DNA from: Patescibacteria group bacterium
Lineage (GTDB): Bacteria > Patescibacteriota > Patescibacteriia > JAXHNJ01
DNA length: 64,000 nt
Reading direction: 5' to 3'
Assembly (NCBI GenBank): GCA_034520665.1
Contig: JAXHNJ010000001.1
Location: forward strand, 66,579 to 130,578
Within the stretch, counting starts at the first letter, position 1; each line of letters opens with the position of its first letter. Made by a program: the position numbers and the translations under genes. The notes under the pieces were generated by a model that did not search any database, was not told the origin of the DNA, and was given only the letters and a program-made list of their open reading frames with translations. This document shows positions 58,219 to 64,000 of this stretch, one piece after another.

Positions 58219-58461
58219 ATGACTAAAACAAACCATATTAATATTGGCGGCACCACCAAAATGGGAAAACGCGGACAAGTAGTTATTCCGGCTGATATCA
58301 GGCGAGAAATGAAATTAAAAAAAGGTGACCATTTACTGGTTTTTTACAGAAAAGGCCATTTAATTGGTCTGGTAAAATCGGACCAACTTGATAAGATGCT
58401 TAGCAAGATGACCGGACAACTTACCAAGTTAAAAAAGTTAAAAAAAGATATTACGAGATAA
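58219..58461 (+). CDS. AbrB/MazE/SpoVT DNA-binding protein
   Basis: MGKRGQVVIPADIRREMKLKKGD. Confidence 0.9.
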   Translation: MTKTNHINIGGTTKMGKRGQVVIPADIRREMKLKKGDHLLVFYRKGHLIGLVKSDQLDKMLSKMTGQLTKLKKLKKDITR

Positions 58462-59439
58462 ATGCCTATTATAGAAGTCAATAATTTAACCAAAAAATTT
58501 AAAAATTTAACCGCGGTTAATGATGTTTCCTTTAAGGTTAAAAAAGGAGAAATTTTTGGCTTTTTAGGTCCTAACGGGGCTGGTAAAACTACTACCATTA
58601 ATATACTGACCACGCTACTGCCACCAAGTTCGGGAAAGGCTAGAGTCAATGGCTATGATGTAATTAATGAAAAGGATAAAGTTAGAGGATCTATTGGCTT
58701 AATTTTTCAGGAGCCTTCCTTAGACGAGCAGTTAACAGCCTTGGAAAATCTAAAATTTCATGCTTGGGTTTATCATGTGCCCAAAGAAAAAATTGACAAG
58801 AGAATCAACAAAATGTTGAAAATGGTTGAATTAGCTGACCGGGCTAAAAATAAAGTGGAAACTTTTTCTGGTGGTATGAAAAGGCGTCTGGAAATTGCCC
58901 GCGGATTGCTTCATCACCCGTGTGTTTTGTTTTTAGATGAACCAACCATTGGCCTGGATCCACAGACTAGAAGCCGCATCTGGGAATATATACTGGAGTT
59001 AAGAAGAGCTCATAATATTACTATGTTTATGACTACTCATTATATGGATGAAGCGGAATATTGTGACCGTATTGCTATTATGGATCAGGGTAAGATAATT
59101 GCCTTGAACACCCCGACTGAGCTTAAAGAGAGTATTGGTGGTGACGTGATTAATATTAAAACCGATAATGATAAGCAAGCGGCTGAAATAATTAAAAATA
59201 AGTTTAATTTAAAGGCTAAAAAAATTGACAGTCATATTTGTATTTATGTTAAAGAAGCTGATAAATTTGTACCTAAACTTTTAAATGAATTAGATTTGAA
59301 GGTTAGTTCAATCAATATTCACAAACCAACATTAAATGACGTTTTTCTTAAATTAACCGGTAAAGAAATAAGAGATGAAGAAGCTTCAGCTTCGGATAAA
59401 ATGAAAAGAAGGCTAAAAACGAGGGGCCGGCCTCATTAA
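58462..59439 (+). CDS. ABC exporter ATPase (DrrA-like)
   Basis: GPNGAGKTT, FSGGMKRRLEIA, LDEPT. Confidence 0.95.
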   Translation: MPIIEVNNLTKKFKNLTAVNDVSFKVKKGEIFGFLGPNGAGKTTTINILTTLLPPSSGKARVNGYDVINEKDKVRGSIGLIFQEPSLDEQLTALENLKFHAWVYHVPKEKIDKRINKMLKMVELADRAKNKVETFSGGMKRRLEIARGLLHHPCVLFLDEPTIGLDPQTRSRIWEYILELRRAHNITMFMTTHYMDEAEYCDRIAIMDQGKIIALNTPTELKESIGGDVINIKTDNDKQAAEIIKNKFNLKAKKIDSHICIYVKEADKFVPKLLNELDLKVSSINIHKPTLNDVFLKLTGKEIRDEEASASDKMKRRLKTRGRPH

Positions 59440-59455
59440 TTTTAATAATAAACAT

Positions 59456-60277
59456 ATGCAATTTTTACGTTCAATTTATATAATTTGGCTACGTGATATG
59501 CTGCGTTATTGGCGCAATCGAGTGCGGCTGATTTCTTCGATAGCTATGCCTTTGCTCTGGTTAGTTATTTTTGGCTCGGGTATGAAAGGTTCTTTAAATT
59601 TTGCCGGGCCAGAAATGGCAGCCAGTAATTTTGACTATTTGACTTTTCTTTTTCCGGGAGTGATTGGTATGACGGTTTTATTTACTTCAGTCTTTTCGGC
59701 TATTTCTATTGTTACTGACCGTGAATTTGGGTTTTTAAAGGAAATTTTGGTGGCTCCGATATCGCGTACGTCTATTGCTTTGGGTAAAATTTTAAGCGGC
59801 TCAACCACAGCTGTCATTCAGGGATTAATTATTGTGGCCATAGCGCCTTTAGTTGGTATTAAACTTTCTTTTCTTTTAGTCTTAGCATTAATACCAGCCA
59901 TTTTTTTAGTGGCTTTTGCTTTGTCTTCTTTGGGTCTTTTGATTGCTTCACGTATTAAGTCAACCGAAGGCTTTCCCATGGTAATAAATTTTATTATGAT
60001 GCCGATGTTTTTTCTGTCTGGTGCTATGTTTCCTTTAGTTAATTTACCGACTTGGATGTCTTTTGTTTCTAAGATAAATCCCGCTTCATACGCTATTGAT
60101 ATGTTTCGACAAATAGCTTTTAGTTTTATGTCAGTGCCGACTATGGTAAGCGATTTTTTTCGGATTAAGCTTTTTGGTCAACCAGTAACCTTATTCGGGG
60201 ATATTGCTATAGTTGTCGGTTTTGGCTTGGTTATGGTCATTCTCAGCACTATTGCTTTTAAAAAGAGCGAAAATTAG
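59456..60277 (+). CDS. ABC-2 permease (DrrB-like)
   Basis: DREFGFLKEILVAPISR, FLSGAMFP, NPASY. Confidence 0.93.
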   Translation: MQFLRSIYIIWLRDMLRYWRNRVRLISSIAMPLLWLVIFGSGMKGSLNFAGPEMAASNFDYLTFLFPGVIGMTVLFTSVFSAISIVTDREFGFLKEILVAPISRTSIALGKILSGSTTAVIQGLIIVAIAPLVGIKLSFLLVLALIPAIFLVAFALSSLGLLIASRIKSTEGFPMVINFIMMPMFFLSGAMFPLVNLPTWMSFVSKINPASYAIDMFRQIAFSFMSVPTMVSDFFRIKLFGQPVTLFGDIAIVVGFGLVMVILSTIAFKKSEN

Positions 60278-60320
60278 AGTAATAAGCATAAAGAAAATAA
60301 ACAGAGGAGACCAACGGCCC

Positions 60321-60348
60321 TTGACCGCTATTTTTTATATGGTATACT
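60321..60348 (+). promoter_or_regulatory. Sigma70 promoter of the hrcA operon
   Basis: TTGACC-16 bp-TATACT, extended TG. Confidence 0.7.
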
Positions 60349-60352
60349 GAAA

Positions 60353-60379
60353 TTAGCACTCGGAGTGTGAGAGTGCTAA
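60353..60379 (+). promoter_or_regulatory. CIRCE operator
   Basis: Perfect TTAGCACTC-N9-GAGTGCTAA. Confidence 0.97.
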
Positions 60380-60408
60380 TAGATAAAAGAAGCTAATATT
60401 AGGTAAAA

Positions 60409-61116
60409 ATGCCCGAAAAACGTCAAAATAAGATATTAAATATCATTATAAATGAGCATATCAAAGAAGCTCAACCGGTTGGTTCAGGAGCTATTGCTAA
60501 AAAATACGGTCTTAAACTCTCTTCGGCTACTATACGTCATGAAATGAAGGATTTAGAAGATAAAGGCTATATTTATCAACCATATACCAGTGCTGGCCGA
60601 GTACCTACAGAAAAAGGCTGGAAATATTATCTAGAAAACTTTTTATCAGAAAAAAAAATATCAGATCAAGAAAAAAAGGAACTGGAGCATTCATTTAATA
60701 TTAAAAGCGATGATAAAAAACAAAATGTTAAAAATTTAGCCAAAAAATTAGCTGAAATATCTAGAGAAACAGTAATAGTTGGCTTTAGTCCGGAGTATAC
60801 TTATTATACGGGTCTTTCCCACTTATTTCGTCAGCCAGAATTTGAAGAGTATGAATTGATTTGTCACATAAGTGAAGTAATAGATCATTTAGATGAAGTT
60901 ATTATAAGATTATTTAAAAATACAGAAAAAGACGATTTTAAAATACTCATCGGTCAGGAAAATCCTTTTGGAGAGAATTGCGGGGCAATAATTTCTAAGT
61001 ATGAGGATAAAAATGGGCAGGAAGGAATATTTACTTTACTGGGGCCGAGAAGAATGTCTTATGCTCAAAATCTTTCCCGTTTAAAACATTCACATTCATT
61101 ATTAAAAACAATATAA
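60409..61116 (+). CDS. hrcA: Heat-inducible repressor HrcA (short form)
   Basis: PVGS, SSATIR, QPYTSAGRVPT, LGPRRMSY. Confidence 0.93.
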   Translation: MPEKRQNKILNIIINEHIKEAQPVGSGAIAKKYGLKLSSATIRHEMKDLEDKGYIYQPYTSAGRVPTEKGWKYYLENFLSEKKISDQEKKELEHSFNIKSDDKKQNVKNLAKKLAEISRETVIVGFSPEYTYYTGLSHLFRQPEFEEYELICHISEVIDHLDEVIIRLFKNTEKDDFKILIGQENPFGENCGAIISKYEDKNGQEGIFTLLGPRRMSYAQNLSRLKHSHSLLKTI

Positions 61117-61133
61117 AAAAGGAAAATTAAATT

Positions 61134-61646
61134 ATGGGTAAAAATAAAACAGACAAGAAAGAAAATTCCTCTATCAATTCAGGATTAGAAGAAGATCAAG
61201 AAAGTAAAACAGACTGGGAAAAAAAAGCGGCCGAGTATTTGAATGGCTGGAAAAGGGCTAGGGCTGACTATCTTAATTTAAAAAAGGAAAAAGATAAGGA
61301 AAGAGAGGAGATTATGAAATTTTCTAACGCCGCTTTAATTATCCAGCTTTTGCCAATCTACGATCATTTAAAAATAGCTTTTGATCATGTGCCAAAAGAC
61401 TTAAAAAATAATGAATGGGTTAAGGGAATAGAAGGTATAAAAAAACAAACTCAGGATTTTATAGAAAGTATTGGTATTAAAGAGATTAAAACTGTGGGTG
61501 AAAAATTTGATCCGGAAAAACACGAAGCAGTAGCTCATGAAAAAAATAAGGATTTTAAAACTGATATAATTTTTGAAGAAACTAAACCCGGGTATAAACT
61601 ACACGACAAAGTGCTTTATCCAGCTAAGGTAAAAGTAGCTAAATGA
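61134..61646 (+). CDS. grpE: Nucleotide exchange factor GrpE
   Basis: RARADYLN, FDPEKHEA, GY..VLYPAKV. Confidence 0.96.
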   Translation: MGKNKTDKKENSSINSGLEEDQESKTDWEKKAAEYLNGWKRARADYLNLKKEKDKEREEIMKFSNAALIIQLLPIYDHLKIAFDHVPKDLKNNEWVKGIEGIKKQTQDFIESIGIKEIKTVGEKFDPEKHEAVAHEKNKDFKTDIIFEETKPGYKLHDKVLYPAKVKVAK

Positions 61647-61659
61647 CAAGCTAAAGCTT

Positions 61660-61741
61660 GTCACCCTGTACTTTCTTCAGGGTCTCGTTAAATAACTGAC
61701 CAAGGTAATTTAACGAGATTCCGGATAAAGTCCGGAACGAC
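61660..61741. repeat. GTCA-headed REP-like double-hairpin element
   Basis: GTCA-ccctg..caggg-tctcgttaa..ttaacgaga-ttccgga..tccggaa-CGAC. Confidence 0.7.
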
Positions 61742-61774
61742 TTAAAATAATTAAAAGAAAGGAGGAATAAAATT

Positions 61775-62185
61775 ATGGCATTAATAAAATACAGACCATT
61801 TTGGCCGGACTTTGACGAAGACTTTTTTAAGCTGCCATCAGAAATGGGTAATTTCACCCCAGCGGTAGACGTTTATGAAGAAAAAGACAATGTTATTGTT
61901 GAATCTCCTTTGGCTGGTATCGACCCAGAAAAAGTAGATATTGAAATTGAAGATAATGTGTTAAAAATTTCCGGTCAGCAGGAAAAAGAGACAGAAGTTG
62001 AAGAAAAGGATTATTATCGCAAAGAAGTGCGTTCTGGTTCTTTCTACCGTTCAGTGCCGTTGCCAAAAGCAGTTGATGGGCCAAAAGCTGAAGCAGAATT
62101 CAAAGATGGTATGCTCAAAATTACCGTGCCTAAACGGGAAGAAGCCAAACCTAAGAAGATTAAAGTTAAGGCCAAAAAAGAATAA
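61775..62185 (+). CDS. Hsp20/alpha-crystallin small heat shock protein
   Basis: PAVDVYE, GSFYRSVPLP, AEFKDGMLKITVPK; SD AGGAGG. Confidence 0.95.
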   Translation: MALIKYRPFWPDFDEDFFKLPSEMGNFTPAVDVYEEKDNVIVESPLAGIDPEKVDIEIEDNVLKISGQQEKETEVEEKDYYRKEVRSGSFYRSVPLPKAVDGPKAEAEFKDGMLKITVPKREEAKPKKIKVKAKKE

Positions 62186-62278
62186 ATATTTAAAATACCT
62201 GGAGCCTGATATGTCAGGCTATCCAGGCTAGTCAGTAAAAAAAATTACTGGCTGACCTGGCTCATTATTTAAAGTAAA

Positions 62279-62310
62279 TAAAAAAGCGGCTCGCTGAACG
62301 CTCGCCGCTC
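62279..62310 (-). terminator. Terminator for the minus-strand gene 62324-62536
   Basis: Minus strand gcggcgagcg..cgagccgc followed by T-run. Confidence 0.65.
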
Positions 62311-62323
62311 ACAGATAAAAAAA

Positions 62324-62536
62324 TTAATTAGGACAGAGATTTTTAGGATAAGGTCCGGGCAGACGCTGAAGCTGAGCATTGAGAGAAATCTCTCCCTGGC
62401 CGCACGGATTGTACTGCGGGTGGAAATAAATAATCCCATCTCTGACAGAATCCAGAATATGTGGACCACTTTTTCCCCCGGAAGAGGAAATTATCCAGAA
62501 CCTTGTACCTTGACTCCATTTCCTAGGGTCGCTCAT
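62324..62536 (-). CDS. Hypothetical protein (70 aa, MSDPRKW...)
   Basis: SD AAAGGAG, upstream TTGACA..GATAAT promoter, downstream terminator. Confidence 0.6.
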   Translation of the reverse strand: MSDPRKWSQGTRFWIISSSGGKSGPHILDSVRDGIIYFHPQYNPCGQGEISLNAQLQRLPGPYPKNLCPN

Positions 62537-62675
62537 AAAAACTCCTTTGGTCAAAAAACCCTAAGCGCAGAGGAAGATAAAGAGCTAGAAACAAATTATC
62601 ATATAAATAAAAATTTGTCAATACCATTATTAACTTAATCACTCAATCACTTAATTAACTCAATTACTTAACTCC

Positions 62676-63017
62676 ATGTTTAAAAATAACTTTAATAAAA
62701 AAAATAACTTCCAGCAAATGAAAATAAACGGACGCTGTCCAGTCTGTCAATCTATGTATGATTTTGCCAAGCTAGAGGTTTTGGGCGAAAAAGACCATTC
62801 TCTTTTACTCTATATGGAATGTACTAATTGTGGGGCTTCAGTTATTAGTATTCTATCCATGAAACCAAACGGTATGATGGCCAAAGCTATGGTTACTGAT
62901 CTCTTACCAGAAGAAGTAATAAAAATGGGCCAGGAAGAAGCAGTTTCTTCTGACGATGCTTTGAATATGCATGAAATTTTGAGAGAAGATGAACCAGTTG
63001 ATAATTTTATCAACTAG
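62676..63017 (+). CDS. Conserved hypothetical zinc-binding protein
   Basis: CPVC..CTNC; VTDL..DDALNMH. Confidence 0.75.
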   Translation: MFKNNFNKKNNFQQMKINGRCPVCQSMYDFAKLEVLGEKDHSLLLYMECTNCGASVISILSMKPNGMMAKAMVTDLLPEEVIKMGQEEAVSSDDALNMHEILREDEPVDNFIN

Positions 63018-63084
63018 CTGATAGCCGATCGCTTATGGTATAGCGAAATAAGCGATAAGCAATTAGCACTAAGCAAAAAGAACT

Positions 63085-63255
63085 ATGAAAAAAGGATCAT
63101 GGAAAAAAGAAAGAACTACCGGCCGAAAATACTGTAAATCTGATGTTCATAGTGAACCCAAAGCCAAAACCCGTAAAAAAATCTGGGTTAGTGCTTATAA
63201 AAGAAAGGGTCAGAAAATCAAGGGCTATTTTCGGAAAAATCCCTGGTATAAATAA
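63085..63255 (+). CDS. Putative small basic protein (56 aa, not in ORF track)
   Basis: MKKGSWKKERTTGRKYCKSDVHSEPKAKTRKKIWVSAYKRKGQKIKGYFRKNPWYK. Confidence 0.55.
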   Translation: MKKGSWKKERTTGRKYCKSDVHSEPKAKTRKKIWVSAYKRKGQKIKGYFRKNPWYK

Positions 63256-63259
63256 GACT

Positions 63260-63363
63260 GTCACTCTGAGCGAAAGCAAAAGAGTCTTGTAAAAAGTCAA
63301 AAAAGACTTAATTAACGGGATATACTAACTCATTACGAGTTATCAAAATTCGCTCAGGATAAT
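63260..63363. repeat. Degenerate GTCA-headed REP-like element
   Basis: GTCACTCTGAGCGAA...TTCGCTCAGGATAAT. Confidence 0.6.
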
Positions 63364-63378
63364 AGTATTATTAATTAA

Positions 63379-64000
<622 letters not shown>

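Noticed and set aside
63063-63070. Second CIRCE (TTAGCACT)
   Set aside because: Half-site only, part of a degenerate heptamer run.

Overview
AT-rich bacterial chromosome segment using the standard code (TGA is a stop). It is most consistent with a CPR/Patescibacteria genome: rpmD is absent from the spc operon, ribosomal proteins carry Lys-rich extensions, AspRS is short, and most genes lack a Shine-Dalgarno. Core content: rpmB, the str/S10/spc ribosomal cluster to secY-adk-map, rplU, recR-ybaB-dnaB, purB-purH, a P-type ATPase, asnS/aspS, scpAB, tpiA-fba-gap, a Drr-type ABC exporter, CIRCE-hrcA-grpE-hsp20-dnaK, and tRNA-Pro(GGG), tRNA-Lys(TTT) and tRNA-Glu(CTC). The most striking feature is a nested tRNA locus at 1924-2288. 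A complete 77-nt tRNA-Pro-type gene is split into five pieces by four hairpin insertions, and one insertion contains a second, intact tRNA-Pro(GGG). Related tetranucleotide-plus-hairpin elements interrupt a tRNA-Lys 3' duplicate, cap a duplicated fusA 5' end and sit in one arm of an inverted-repeat/attC-like gene cassette. Also notable: a 35-bp direct-repeat module of prepilin-like-leader surface proteins including a serpin, a 14-aa CGGCGGC micro-ORF, an HNH pseudogene and a possible ADP-ribosyltransferase-like protein. All calls were read by eye; no searches were run.
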